Shown here: positions 30,670-40,768 of the stretch, one piece after another
Layout of the letters: the number at the start of each line of letters is the position of its first letter
Numbering within the stretch: the first letter of the stretch is position 1
Origin: an uncultured Planctomycetia bacterium
GTDB taxonomy: Bacteria; Omnitrophota; Gorgyraeia; B26-G9
Assembly: GCA_964437495.1 (NCBI GenBank)
Contig: CAYTGV010000009.1
Coordinates: 6,983-70,982 of the forward strand
Direction: 5' to 3'
DNA length: 64,000 nucleotides
The notes under the pieces: model-generated
Databases searched by the model: none
Told to the model about the DNA's origin: nothing
Seen by the model: only the letters and a program-made list of their open reading frames with translations
Translations under genes and position numbers: made by a program

Positions 30670-30943
30670 CGTGTCCTCCTTGTTTTAAGTTTAAATTGTG
30701 AACATATATTATAAAATAATTAGCAGGCGAATGTCAATAAAAAACAGCAATTACTTTTAAAATAGAGCATATACCCATGGTTAGCCTGAAAATATGGACT
30801 CAAAGTATTGCGTCATATATTGAGAAATTTCAAAAATATAATAAGGGTTTTATAGGTCAAGACAGTGGCCCAAATATGCTAATTTAACTATTGACTTGGT
30901 AAGAGCTTAGAGGTATACTTTTATTTAAGGAGTAAACTCAAGG

Positions 30944-31630
30944 ATGGGATCCACAAGTAACTTATTCAAAATTACTTTTTTATTTTCTTTGCTAGTGCAT
31001 GCTATTTTTTTCTTACCAATGCCTGAGCTAAAAAAACCAAAACAGTCTCAAATAAAAGAGCTCAAATTATCTTATTTAAGAGTGGATGCACCCCTTAAGA
31101 AAAGAACCGCTAAATTCCGGTATAAGAAGATCAAGCCTGAAGATAAACAGTCTCTAATTAAAAAACAACTTAATGCTAAATTGCCGAAAAATAAAGCTAT
31201 CAAAAAAAAATCCCTAAATAAAATCACTTCTAAAAAAGTAGAAAAAATCATCACGAAGCCGGATAATATTGTAAAGATTCAGTCCAATAATCAGCTATTA
31301 GCAAGCAAAGACGAGCTTGAGAAAAAAGATCTTTTTAAGAACAAAAGCTATATCAGTTATTATAAATTGATTAATGAACAACTGCGCCAGTCAGTGATTT
31401 ACCCATCTCATTTTTCTGAAGGAGAAATCGGCTTGAGTTTTGTGCTTGGCTCTGATGGAAAATTAAAAAATGTGCAGGTTATCAATAGCACTTCAAAAGA
31501 AAGTGAAATTCTTAAAGAAACCGCAATGCAAATTGTCAAAAGAGCATCGCCTTTTCCGCCATTTCCAAAAAATCTGCAACAAACACAGCTGACGTTTAAT
31601 ATTGTTTTTTGTTTTAAAGAGAACAGCTAA
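30944..31630 (+). CDS. TonB-like energy-transducer protein (N-terminal TM anchor, Lys-rich linker, TonB_C domain)
   Basis: TM helix TFLFSLLVHAIFFLP. K-rich linker. C-terminal YPSHFSEGEIGLSFVLGSDGKLKNVQVINSTS TonB_C-like. Confidence 0.55.
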   Translation: MGSTSNLFKITFLFSLLVHAIFFLPMPELKKPKQSQIKELKLSYLRVDAPLKKRTAKFRYKKIKPEDKQSLIKKQLNAKLPKNKAIKKKSLNKITSKKVEKIITKPDNIVKIQSNNQLLASKDELEKKDLFKNKSYISYYKLINEQLRQSVIYPSHFSEGEIGLSFVLGSDGKLKNVQVINSTSKESEILKETAMQIVKRASPFPPFPKNLQQTQLTFNIVFCFKENS

Positions 31631-31665
31631 TTAAAATCTAAATCACGCATTTTAAAAATTAGATC

Positions 31666-32388
31666 ATGTACAAAAAAAGATTTTACCGTACCCAAAATGT
31701 TGACCTGATTACTTTCAAGATAGAACATTTTGAAAGTAATCTGCAAATCTGCGCACAAACTGATCTAAGTAAAATTTCTCTTAAATATCTGCGAGGCTTT
31801 CATAAACAGGTAAGGAATTATTGTCAAGCCTATCCTGAGTTTGGAAAATCGCTCCAGCCGCTCAAGCTTAAAAGAGACGCGCCTGAAATTATTAGGACAA
31901 TGCATAAAGCCTCAAAGCTGGCAGCTGTCGGACCTATGGCTACTGTTGCCGGTGCAATAGCTGAAGCATTGGGTAGAAAACTCCTGAAACACAGCAGCGA
32001 AATAATTATTGAAAATGGCGGAGATCTTTTTATTGCTAGTGCAAAGGCAAGGAAAATAGGTATTTTTGCAGGCATAGGTAATGTTTATAACCAATTGGTA
32101 ATAAACATTAATCCTAAACAAAGTCCATGCGGCATATGCACATCAAGCGGTAAATTCGGGCACTCATTAAGCCTCGGGCAAAGTTGCGCAACAATAATTG
32201 TCTCAAAGTCATCGGCATTAGCTGATGGCTATGCAACAGCCTTTGGCAATATGGTAAAAACAGATGCTGATATTGCTTTTGCTTTAAAATCTGCGCGTAA
32301 TGAAAAAGATATTGATGGCATTATTATCATAACTAACTCAAAAATGGCAGCTTATGGTGATTTGGACTTTGATGTTCTTGACAAGTAG
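31666..32388 (+). CDS. UPF0280/ApbE-like family protein (assignment tentative)
   Basis: 240 aa. Recognised only by overall resemblance to UPF0280 proteins; no catalytic motif identified. Confidence 0.35.
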   Translation: MYKKRFYRTQNVDLITFKIEHFESNLQICAQTDLSKISLKYLRGFHKQVRNYCQAYPEFGKSLQPLKLKRDAPEIIRTMHKASKLAAVGPMATVAGAIAEALGRKLLKHSSEIIIENGGDLFIASAKARKIGIFAGIGNVYNQLVININPKQSPCGICTSSGKFGHSLSLGQSCATIIVSKSSALADGYATAFGNMVKTDADIAFALKSARNEKDIDGIIIITNSKMAAYGDLDFDVLDK

Positions 32389-32468
32389 GCTTTTAATTGT
32401 TATAATCAAGAAACTTGTGTTTTTTCATTAAATATTTACTGATAAATATTTAAAATAAATAAAAAGGG

Positions 32469-32651
32469 GTGAGCAAATTGGCAAAAGTAAGAGTTTCTAA
32501 AGGAGAACCGCTTGAAAAAGCGCTGAGGATCTTTAAGAAAAAGCTGGATAGGGAAGGCACACTCAAAGAGATGAGAGCCAAAAAACATTATGAAAAACCC
32601 AGCGAAAAGAAAAAAAGAAAAGCAAAAAATGCTAGAAGTGGACGAAGATAA
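32469..32651 (+). CDS. rpsU: 30S ribosomal protein S21 (may start at TTG 32478)
   Basis: AKVRVSKGEPLEKALRIFKKKLDREGTLKEMRAKKHYEKPSEKKKRKAK matches S21 (VKVxENEP...ALRRFKR...REFYEKPT). Confidence 0.85.
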   Translation: MSKLAKVRVSKGEPLEKALRIFKKKLDREGTLKEMRAKKHYEKPSEKKKRKAKNARSGRR

Positions 32652-32668
32652 CAACCTCAACTGCAAAT

Positions 32669-35299
32669 ATGTACAAAAAAAATAAATCCTACAGCTGCGC
32701 ACTTTTCCTGAGTATATTTTTAAGTCTTTATACCACCTCAGGGAATTGTGCGCAAAATTCTCTCTTTAATGTTGAAGCATCTGTTCCTGAAATACATGAA
32801 TATAATCTGAAAAATGGTTTGAATGTTTTAATGCAGGAAAAAGATGAAAACAATCTAGTTGCATTTGAAATTATTGTTAAAACCGGCAGCTTGTTTGAAG
32901 CAAATAAGCAGGGTTCCGGATTAGCCCATTTGCTTGAGCATATGGTCTTTAAAGGCACACACACTCGCGATGCGCTTGAAATAGATAATGATATCAAGGC
33001 ACTCGGCGGCTCAATTAATGGCTACACTTCATATCAGTTCACGGGTTTTACGCTGATACTTCCATCTGAAAACTTTGAGGCTGGTCTTGAGATATTAAGT
33101 GATATGCTAAAGGATCCGGTTTTTGATGAAAATGAGCTTAAAAAAGAAAAAGATGTGATCTTAAGCGAAATTAAGATGAACCGTGATAATCCACAAAGGT
33201 ATTTTCAAAGAGAATTCTGGAAACACGCATTCCCGATTTCTCCCTACAATTTGCCGGTTATCGGATTTAAACCATTATTTGCAGCGCTTACCAGGCAGGA
33301 TTTAGTAGAGTTTCACAATAAATGGTATATTCCTAACAATATGATTATTGCTGTTGCTGGAAATATTGACCCTGATGATGCTTTTATCAAAATAAAAGAG
33401 CATTTCAATGATCTCCCCATGGGAAATTTTCCGCAAATAACGCTACCGCAGATTCCACCTTTAAAATTAAGACAAAATTTTGAGATTGAATATAATGTTA
33501 CAATCGCACGTTTAATGCTTGGCTTTGCCAGTGTAGAACTTACTCACAAGGATTCCGCTGCACTTGATATAATAGCGACGCTTTTAGGCGCAGGCGAGAG
33601 TTCGCGTCTTTATACCCCTATTGTAAAACAAAAACAATTGGCTTATTCCATAAATGCTTTTAATTATACGCCCGGATTCCGAGGGGTTTTCGCCATAAAT
33701 TCAATACTAGATTTCAAAAACAAAGATATAGCCATAAAAGAGATTTTTAAAATCATAAATGACCTTAAAAGTAAACCAGTTACAAAATACGAACTGGAAA
33801 AAGCTAAAAATATCTATATTAGCGACTATGTATATTCCCAGGAGACAGTCGCCTCATTAGCCGGAACTCTAGCCAGCGATAAGGCCTATAGTAATAATGC
33901 CAATTTTTCGCAGAATTATTTAAAAGACCTCGCATCCATTACTCCAGAGGATATAAAGAGGTGCGCAAAAAAATATTTAACCGAGAGCGATTTTATTACG
34001 GTTATTTTAAAACCGCTTTCTACTAAAGCAATTGATCCACCCCCACAGATTAAAGAAAAAGCAACTGGGAAGGTAAGAAAAATAAAATTGGCGAACGGCC
34101 TGAGAGTTCTATTGAAAAAGGATAGCTCAATCCCGGCATTTTCTATGCAGGCAAGCTTCGGCGGCGGGACAAGATGGGAAAACAATTCAACAAACGGACT
34201 ATTTAATCTTCTGAGTGAAATGCTCTTAAGGGGCACAAAAAAACGAACGGCTGATAAGATTGCGCAGGAATTCGAGCAAATGGGTGCAGATATTTCCTCT
34301 TTTAGCGGATATAATAGTTTTGGCCTAAACATAAAAGCACTTAGTAAAGATATGACTATTGCCTTTGATGTTTTTTCCGACCTGATCTTGAATTCAAATT
34401 TTCCTGTTTCTGAGTTTGAAAATCAAAAACGATTGGCAGTCAAAGGCCTTGCACTTGAAGCTGATGATATTTTCCAAAACACTTTCAATTTACTAAAGGC
34501 TAATTTGTTTAATAATTACCCTTATCGATTAAGTTCCCTTGGCAATGCACAGGCAATAGAGGAGCTAAACACAACCGATCTTGAACTTGCTTATCAAAAA
34601 TTTGTTAATCCCGAAAATCTTATCCTGAGTATTTTTGGTGATTTTGATGAGAAAATAGTTGAAGAAATGATAAGACATAGGTTTTCAAAATTTAAATCAG
34701 TTTCCCTTCCAGAGACTCCTGTATTCAATGAAAAAACAATGCCAGGCCGTAAAATCGTCAACAATAAGCAGGCTAAAAAACAGGCCATATTAATGCTCGC
34801 ATTTCCAGGCTGCGATTTAAAGAGTCCTGATCGAGTACGCCTTGAATTCCTCAGTTCTCTGCTTAGCGACCCAGCATCTATCCTTTATGAAAATATTAGA
34901 GAAAAATATGGTTTTTCCTATACGCTTGGCGGAAGCACAATCTCAGGGTTAGATACCGGTTTTTTTTACATCTATGTGGCCACAAAACCTGACCTTATTG
35001 AGAAAGTAAATAAAATTGTTCTTGAGGAAATAGACAAGATCAAAAACGGAAACATTGATGAGGCGGATATCGCTTCAACAAAAGATTTTCTAATAGCTAG
35101 AAAAAGAATTGCGTCTGAATCAAATTTTGCATTAGGTTTCACTGTCTCTTTAAATGAACTTTACGGTTTAGGTATAGATTATCATGAAAGATACGAAGAA
35201 TTTATAAAAGAAATTGATAAAAACATGCTTATTGATACCGCTAACAAATACCTGGATATTAAAAAAAGTGTGACGATTATTACAAAGGATGAATTCTGA
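32669..35299 (+). CDS. Secreted M16-family zinc peptidase with two tandem M16 units (first active, second inactive)
   Basis: Signal peptide. Inverted zinc motif HLLEHMVFKGT in unit 1. Unit 2 (from ~aa 460) lacks HxxEH. 876 aa. Confidence 0.8.
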   Translation: MYKKNKSYSCALFLSIFLSLYTTSGNCAQNSLFNVEASVPEIHEYNLKNGLNVLMQEKDENNLVAFEIIVKTGSLFEANKQGSGLAHLLEHMVFKGTHTRDALEIDNDIKALGGSINGYTSYQFTGFTLILPSENFEAGLEILSDMLKDPVFDENELKKEKDVILSEIKMNRDNPQRYFQREFWKHAFPISPYNLPVIGFKPLFAALTRQDLVEFHNKWYIPNNMIIAVAGNIDPDDAFIKIKEHFNDLPMGNFPQITLPQIPPLKLRQNFEIEYNVTIARLMLGFASVELTHKDSAALDIIATLLGAGESSRLYTPIVKQKQLAYSINAFNYTPGFRGVFAINSILDFKNKDIAIKEIFKIINDLKSKPVTKYELEKAKNIYISDYVYSQETVASLAGTLASDKAYSNNANFSQNYLKDLASITPEDIKRCAKKYLTESDFITVILKPLSTKAIDPPPQIKEKATGKVRKIKLANGLRVLLKKDSSIPAFSMQASFGGGTRWENNSTNGLFNLLSEMLLRGTKKRTADKIAQEFEQMGADISSFSGYNSFGLNIKALSKDMTIAFDVFSDLILNSNFPVSEFENQKRLAVKGLALEADDIFQNTFNLLKANLFNNYPYRLSSLGNAQAIEELNTTDLELAYQKFVNPENLILSIFGDFDEKIVEEMIRHRFSKFKSVSLPETPVFNEKTMPGRKIVNNKQAKKQAILMLAFPGCDLKSPDRVRLEFLSSLLSDPASILYENIREKYGFSYTLGGSTISGLDTGFFYIYVATKPDLIEKVNKIVLEEIDKIKNGNIDEADIASTKDFLIARKRIASESNFALGFTVSLNELYGLGIDYHERYEEFIKEIDKNMLIDTANKYLDIKKSVTIITKDEF

Positions 35300-36228
35300 T
35301 GTTTAGCCTGTCTACATCATGGAACTGGGCCCAGTATAAAAACGGCCGTCAGCTTTTAGAAGAAATCAAAGGCCTTGGTTTTAAAAGTTTAGAGCTGGGT
35401 TATTCATTGTCAGAAGATATCATCGATGAAGTTATACGCATCAGGTCAGACAGTTCATTGAAAGTGTCCAGTATTCATAATTTTTGTCCAGTCCCCAAAG
35501 GCTATGTGCCTGGAAAATTCCTTCCAGATACTTTTTCTTTGTCAAGCCCGGATGATATACAGAGAAAAAAAGCCGTTGATCTAACTCTTAATTCTATGGA
35601 AACAGCAAAAAAGCTCCAGACCAAGGCGCTTATCATTCATGCCGGACGAGTAGAAATACCTTCGCGGACTAAAGACCTTATTACTCTTTATAAACAAGGG
35701 GCTTGGGGCCAACCGGTTTATGATGAACTGCTTAATGATATTAAAGCTCAAAGGGAGCAAAAGAAGTCAGTATATATCTGTGCAATAAAGCGGTCGCTTG
35801 AAACTTTATTAAAAAGAGCTAGTATCATGGATCTAATGCTTTGTATTGAAAACCGCTATTATTGGAGGGAAATACCATTATTAAGTGAAATCGGGGAATT
35901 ACTGGATGAATTCTCCACAAGCTCGAATCTTGGCTATTGGCATGATGTCGGACATGCTCAAGTAAATGATAATCTCGGCCTTGAAAGACATTTTGATTTT
36001 TTGGATAAATACCATACCTTTATGGTCGGCATGCATTTGCACGATATTCAAGGGGCTCAGGATCATCTGCCCCCGGGTACAGGAGTTTTTGATTTTACTC
36101 ACTTGAAACCTTACATAAAAAATAATACAATAAAGGTGCTCGAGATCCATCAACCGGCTACAGCCGCACAGGTCAAGGCATCATTAGGTTTTTTAAACGA
36201 TTTAGGGCTTGATATTACTGAAAAATGA
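35299..36228 (+). CDS. Sugar-phosphate isomerase/epimerase-like TIM-barrel protein (xylose isomerase-like fold)
   Basis: Overall resemblance (LELGYSL...IIHAG...IENRYYW...HLHD metal-ligand pattern). Coupled to the M16 gene (TGATG overlap). Confidence 0.55.
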   Translation: MFSLSTSWNWAQYKNGRQLLEEIKGLGFKSLELGYSLSEDIIDEVIRIRSDSSLKVSSIHNFCPVPKGYVPGKFLPDTFSLSSPDDIQRKKAVDLTLNSMETAKKLQTKALIIHAGRVEIPSRTKDLITLYKQGAWGQPVYDELLNDIKAQREQKKSVYICAIKRSLETLLKRASIMDLMLCIENRYYWREIPLLSEIGELLDEFSTSSNLGYWHDVGHAQVNDNLGLERHFDFLDKYHTFMVGMHLHDIQGAQDHLPPGTGVFDFTHLKPYIKNNTIKVLEIHQPATAAQVKASLGFLNDLGLDITEK

Positions 36229-36236
36229 GACTTTAG

Positions 36237-37049
36237 ATGATTAGAAAAACTGTTTGGGCAGGACCAAGAAATTTTTATCCAGACAACCCTGAGTTCCTTA
36301 AAAAAACTATTCAAGAGTTGATTGACCCGAACCAAAAAAAAGAAGATTGTCTGGCTGTTTTAATGCCGCATGCAGGCTATATTTATTCAGGTAATGTTGC
36401 CGGCAAGACTATATCGGCTGTAAATATTCCGGATACAATAATCGTTTTAGCCCCGAATCATACGGGGCTGGGATTGCCTTACAGCCTACTTAGTAAAGGA
36501 TCCTGGCAGACTCCATTTGGGGATTTAAGCATACAAGAAGAATTAGCAGGCTTGATACTGGAAAACTCCGCATATTTCAGGTATGAAAAAGCTCCGCATA
36601 TAAAAGAACATGCAATTGAAGTGGAGATTCCTTTTCTGCAGTTCTTTAATAAAAATATTTCTATAGTACCGATCATTATTTCCGACTTTATATTGAGTAA
36701 CTATAAAAAGGCCGGACAGGAAATAGCAAATGCAATAAAAAAATTCGGCAAGCCGGTTCTGATTGTTATCAGTTCTGACCTAACGCATTATGAAACACAG
36801 GAGAATGCAAAAGAAAAAGATGCACAGGTTATTGAGGCCATCAAAGAGCTCGATGAAGATAAATTGTATAAAAGAGTAAATGCAAATAATATCTCTATGT
36901 GCGGATGCGCTCCGGCATGCGTGGGTATATATGCGGCTAAAAAACTCGGAGCAACACAGGCAGATTTAATCGATTATAAGACCAGCGGTGATGTAACTGG
37001 TGATTTTTCAAGTGTTGTTGGATATGCAGGCTTAATTATTAAACAGTAA
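36237..37049 (+). CDS. MEMO1-family protein (AmmeMemoRadiSam system protein B)
   Basis: AGPRNFYPDNPEFL...LMPHAGYIYSG...SSDLTHYE motifs of MEMO1/Mho1. Confidence 0.75.
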   Translation: MIRKTVWAGPRNFYPDNPEFLKKTIQELIDPNQKKEDCLAVLMPHAGYIYSGNVAGKTISAVNIPDTIIVLAPNHTGLGLPYSLLSKGSWQTPFGDLSIQEELAGLILENSAYFRYEKAPHIKEHAIEVEIPFLQFFNKNISIVPIIISDFILSNYKKAGQEIANAIKKFGKPVLIVISSDLTHYETQENAKEKDAQVIEAIKELDEDKLYKRVNANNISMCGCAPACVGIYAAKKLGATQADLIDYKTSGDVTGDFSSVVGYAGLIIKQ

Positions 37050-37167
37050 TAAAATGCTTCATGTTAAATACATAAAACATTGAAAACTTCATTCAATAAT
37101 TTCTATTAAACCATGTCTTTAATTTTACGTATTAGGCGTGATATTAAAGGCGACTAAGGAGGATTTC

Positions 37168-37554
37168 ATGAGCGGAAAAAAGGTAGACGAAAGCTGGAAA
37201 GAGAAAGTGATACAGGAACAATCTACAGCACATCCGGAAGATGCCCCAACCAGCACAGAAAAAAATACGCAAGAGCCAAAAAAAGAAAATGATAATTTTG
37301 AGATGCCTCCGGTGGATTTTAATTTATTTATCAGCAGCTTGGGAATGCAGGCCTTAATGGCCCTGGGAGAAATTGAAAATCCTATGGACGGCAAGAAGGA
37401 TATTCAGCTACCGCAGGGAAAATACCTGGTCGATACACTGGAAATGCTGCAAGTAAAAACTAAGGGGAATCTTAGTCCACAAGAAGCTAATATGATCGAG
37501 AGTATGTTGTATGAGATACGCATGAAGTATCTCTCTCTTTCTAAGGATAAATAA
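37168..37554 (+). CDS. DUF1844-like small acidic protein
   Basis: PPVDFNLFISSLGMQALMALGEIENP core resembles DUF1844. Start trimmed to the ATG 5 nt after AAGGAGGA. Confidence 0.4.
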   Translation: MSGKKVDESWKEKVIQEQSTAHPEDAPTSTEKNTQEPKKENDNFEMPPVDFNLFISSLGMQALMALGEIENPMDGKKDIQLPQGKYLVDTLEMLQVKTKGNLSPQEANMIESMLYEIRMKYLSLSKDK

Positions 37555-37609
37555 ATAATTGTAAAATAAGGATGTTATAGATATAATAATGAAAACTACG
37601 GAGGGGAAA

Positions 37610-38641
37610 ATGCAGAAAAAAAATAAAAAAACAGAGGCTCAGAATAATAGCACAGAAAACTCAGCTAAAGCAAAGGCTCTAGAGCTAGCGCTTAGTCATA
37701 TTGAAAAGCAATTTGGTAAAGGCTCAATAATGAAGCTTGGCCAAAATACTAAATTGGATATTGGAGTGATTCCCTCAGGAGCCTTAGGTCTAGATATTGC
37801 ACTAGGTGTCGGCGGCCTTCCTCGCGGCCGGGTAATTGAAATATATGGACCTGAAGCAAGCGGAAAAACTACCCTTTGTTTAAGCGCAGCGGCGGAGGCA
37901 CAAAAAACAGGCGGAGTTGCCGCGATTATTGATGCCGAACATGCTTTTGATCCAACCTATGCTAAAAAAATTGGATTAAATCTTGATGAATTACTTATTT
38001 CACAACCTGATACAGGAGAGCAGGCGTTGGAGATAGCTGAAACCCTGGTAAGAAGTAATGCCGTTGATATAATTATTATTGATTCTGTGGCAGCTTTAAC
38101 CCCAAGAGCGGAGATCGAAGGTGATATGGGAGATTCCCATATGGGATTACATGCCCGATTAATGTCACAGGCACTTCGGAAATTAACCGGGGCTATTTCT
38201 AAATCTAAAACCTGCGTAGTTTTCATTAATCAACTTAGAATGAAAATCGGTGTAATGTTTGGAAATCCGGAAACAACGACCGGGGGAAATGCCTTAAAAT
38301 TTTACGCATCAGTTCGTTTGGACATAAGAAGAATAGAAACGTTAAAGACACAAGACAGTGTTATCGGTTCACGTGTGAGGGTAAAAGTAGTCAAAAATAA
38401 GGTTGCTGCACCTTTTAAACAAGCTGAATTTGATATTATGTATTCTGAGGGAATATCCAAGGAATCAAATTTGCTTGATTTGGGGATCCGTAATGGGATG
38501 ATTCTTAAATCCGGCGCATGGTTTACAAGCGGCGAAGAAAAACTCGGACAAGGCAAGGAGAATGCTAAGGATTTTATAAGGGAAAATAAAAAGTTCGCTG
38601 CTGATCTCGAGAAAAAAATCAAACAGGCAGTTAAACTTTAA
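37610..38641 (+). CDS. recA: Recombinase RecA
   Basis: [10 protein letters not shown] Walker A...IIIDSVAAL...[31 protein letters not shown]. Start chosen after GGAGGGG. The tracked ORF begins at 37589. Confidence 0.95.
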   Translation: MQKKNKKTEAQNNSTENSAKAKALELALSHIEKQFGKGSIMKLGQNTKLDIGVIPSGALGLDIALGVGGLPRGRVIEIYGPEASGKTTLCLSAAAEAQKTGGVAAIIDAEHAFDPTYAKKIGLNLDELLISQPDTGEQALEIAETLVRSNAVDIIIIDSVAALTPRAEIEGDMGDSHMGLHARLMSQALRKLTGAISKSKTCVVFINQLRMKIGVMFGNPETTTGGNALKFYASVRLDIRRIETLKTQDSVIGSRVRVKVVKNKVAAPFKQAEFDIMYSEGISKESNLLDLGIRNGMILKSGAWFTSGEEKLGQGKENAKDFIRENKKFAADLEKKIKQAVKL

Positions 38642-38665
38642 TACCTCTTAAAAACAGGAGAAAAC

Positions 38666-40183
38666 TTGTTAAAGAAATCTAATAAATCAATCAGTTTATT
38701 CCTAATATTTGTTATTTATGTTTTTTTCACAGCTGTTGCACCGGCATACCCCCAGCAGCAAGACAAAAAAACTCTTACTGCTATGCAACAGTTAGAAGAT
38801 GCGGTTTCTAATGTGGCTGAAAACGCAGGCAACACAGTTGTGGGCATCAGTACACAAAGGAATAGACATGTAATATCATATTTCAGGAATCATGGTCATG
38901 AATTCCTTAATGATTTTTTCCGTACTTTCTTTTTTGGAGATTCCTCCAGTCCTGAGTATAAACAATTCGGCCTTGGATCCGGAGTGATCATAAGCCATGA
39001 TGGATATATAATAACAAATGAGCATGTTATATCCGGAGCTGATAAGATCATTGTAATCCTGGCTGACGGGCGTGAGTTTCAAGCAAAATTAAAGGGAGCT
39101 GAGTACCGAACGGATATTGCATTATTAAAAATAGATGTGTCTGATCTGCCTTATGCTGAGCTTGGGGATTCAAAGACTCTCAGAAGCGGTCAATGGGCTA
39201 TAGCAATCGGCAATCCTTATAGTTATGAAGTCTCCAGCTATAAGCCTGTGGCTACCTTTGGTATTATAAGCGCCTTAGGCAGAACTTTGCCCAAGTCTAA
39301 CAATTTAACCCGGGGATATCTTGACCTGATCCAAACTGACGCAGCTATAAACCCGGGAAATTCAGGGGGCCCATTGCTAAACATCCTGGGTGAAGTCATT
39401 GGAATTAATGTAGCTATTTCAAACAGTAATTCCTCTGGGATTGGTTTTGCCATTCCTATAAATGATGCCAAATCAGTTATTGAGAAGCTTTTACAAGGAG
39501 AAAAAATCCTCGGGGGATCACTTGGCATAGGCATTAGAGACATTAACTATATTATGGCAGAGCTCTTTGACCTGAAAAGAGCACAAGGTGCCTTAGTCCT
39601 AAAGGTATTAAAAGGCAGTCTAGCTGATAGCGCTGGATTGCGCTCACAGGATATAATCCTAAAATTTAACTCTGAGAAAGTTGAGAATACAATAGATTTT
39701 ATGAAAAAAATCAGCCGCGCAAAACAAGGAGATGAGATCAGACTTAAGATTCTTCGCAACTCCTTGCCCCGTCTAATAAGGATAAAACTCAGCGAAATAC
39801 CTAAAGAAATAGCCTCAGAACAAAGCCATGAGCTCTTGAGGGTCAAAAAGAAAAAAGCAGCGCCATCCAGAACTCTCAGGAATGATCAAAACAACAAAGA
39901 AACTTCCAAGACTCCGCTTAAAACCTGGAGGGGTATGAAAGTCGCTGAAATAACTAAGGAATTTGCTAATAATTTTGAAATCGATACAGATATTGGAGTT
40001 ATTGTAACTAAAGTGATTGAGGGCACTCCGGCAGAGCAGGCAGGAATAAAAGTAAAGGATATTATTACCCAAATAAATACTTTTAATATACAAACACTGG
40101 AAGATTACCTGTTTGCCACTTCAAAGGCTTTGGGCAAAGTGCTGATTAAAACTAATAGAGCATATTTAATGATACACGACTAA
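38666..40183 (+). CDS. htrA: Periplasmic serine endoprotease DegP/HtrA family (trypsin domain + two PDZ domains), TTG start
   Basis: Signal peptide. Catalytic triad contexts ITNEHV, RTDIALLK, GNSGGPL. Two PDZ-like regions. Confidence 0.85.
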   Translation: MLKKSNKSISLFLIFVIYVFFTAVAPAYPQQQDKKTLTAMQQLEDAVSNVAENAGNTVVGISTQRNRHVISYFRNHGHEFLNDFFRTFFFGDSSSPEYKQFGLGSGVIISHDGYIITNEHVISGADKIIVILADGREFQAKLKGAEYRTDIALLKIDVSDLPYAELGDSKTLRSGQWAIAIGNPYSYEVSSYKPVATFGIISALGRTLPKSNNLTRGYLDLIQTDAAINPGNSGGPLLNILGEVIGINVAISNSNSSGIGFAIPINDAKSVIEKLLQGEKILGGSLGIGIRDINYIMAELFDLKRAQGALVLKVLKGSLADSAGLRSQDIILKFNSEKVENTIDFMKKISRAKQGDEIRLKILRNSLPRLIRIKLSEIPKEIASEQSHELLRVKKKKAAPSRTLRNDQNNKETSKTPLKTWRGMKVAEITKEFANNFEIDTDIGVIVTKVIEGTPAEQAGIKVKDIITQINTFNIQTLEDYLFATSKALGKVLIKTNRAYLMIHD

Positions 40184-40276
40184 CAAAGCAGTTCGTGATC
40201 TTGCGATGCACGACTAACAAAGCAGTTCATGATTTTGCGATGCACGACTAACAAAGCAGTTCGTGATCTTGCGATG
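40175..40276 (+). repeat. Three tandem 34-bp direct repeats (CACGACTAACAAAGCAGTTCGTGATCTTGCGATG), each able to form a 7-bp hairpin
   Basis: Read directly. Copies 1 and 3 are identical; copy 2 has 3 substitutions. Copy 1 supplies the htrA stop codon. Confidence 0.9.
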
Positions 40277-40307
40277 CATAAGCAATAGGAAAGGTTTATC
40301 GCATCAT

Positions 40308-40766
40308 ATGCCAAATGAATTAGAGTCTGCTAAAAATTTTGCTTTGAGACTGATAAAGTTTCGGATGCGCTCAAAGCATGAACTCCAAAGCCGCTTAAAA
40401 AGAAAACAGTTTTCAGAAAAGATAATAAAACAAGTTCTTGATTTTTTAAGCGATTTAGGGTATGTTAATGACTTAACCTTTGCCAAGACATGGGTTAATG
40501 ACAGATTGCAATTTAACCCCCGCAGTAGAAAACTGTTGGTTTATGAACTAAAGAATAAGGGCATAGATGAGACTATAATTAAACAATCAATTGCCGGGCT
40601 AAGCTCTGAAATCGAAGAGCAAATGGCCAGGGAGCTAGTATTAAAAAGACTGCCAAAATTAAAGGGATTATCCAGAGAAATTAAACAAAGACGTTTGAGC
40701 GGATATTTAAACAGACGCGGATTTTCAGCTGGAATTTTGTTTAAAATTATAAAGGAATTGGAATAA
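40308..40766 (+). CDS. recX: Recombination regulator RecX
   Basis: AKNFALRLIKFRMRSKHELQSRLKRK...LGYVNDLTFAKTWVNDRL three-repeat RecX pattern. The tracked ORF started inside the repeat array; I trimmed to the ATG at 40308. Confidence 0.8.
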   Translation: MPNELESAKNFALRLIKFRMRSKHELQSRLKRKQFSEKIIKQVLDFLSDLGYVNDLTFAKTWVNDRLQFNPRSRKLLVYELKNKGIDETIIKQSIAGLSSEIEEQMARELVLKRLPKLKGLSREIKQRRLSGYLNRRGFSAGILFKIIKELE

Positions 40767-40768
40767 CT

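Noticed and set aside
40175-40276. Possible CRISPR array
   Set aside because: Only three contiguous 34-bp units with no intervening unique spacers. No cas genes in the window.
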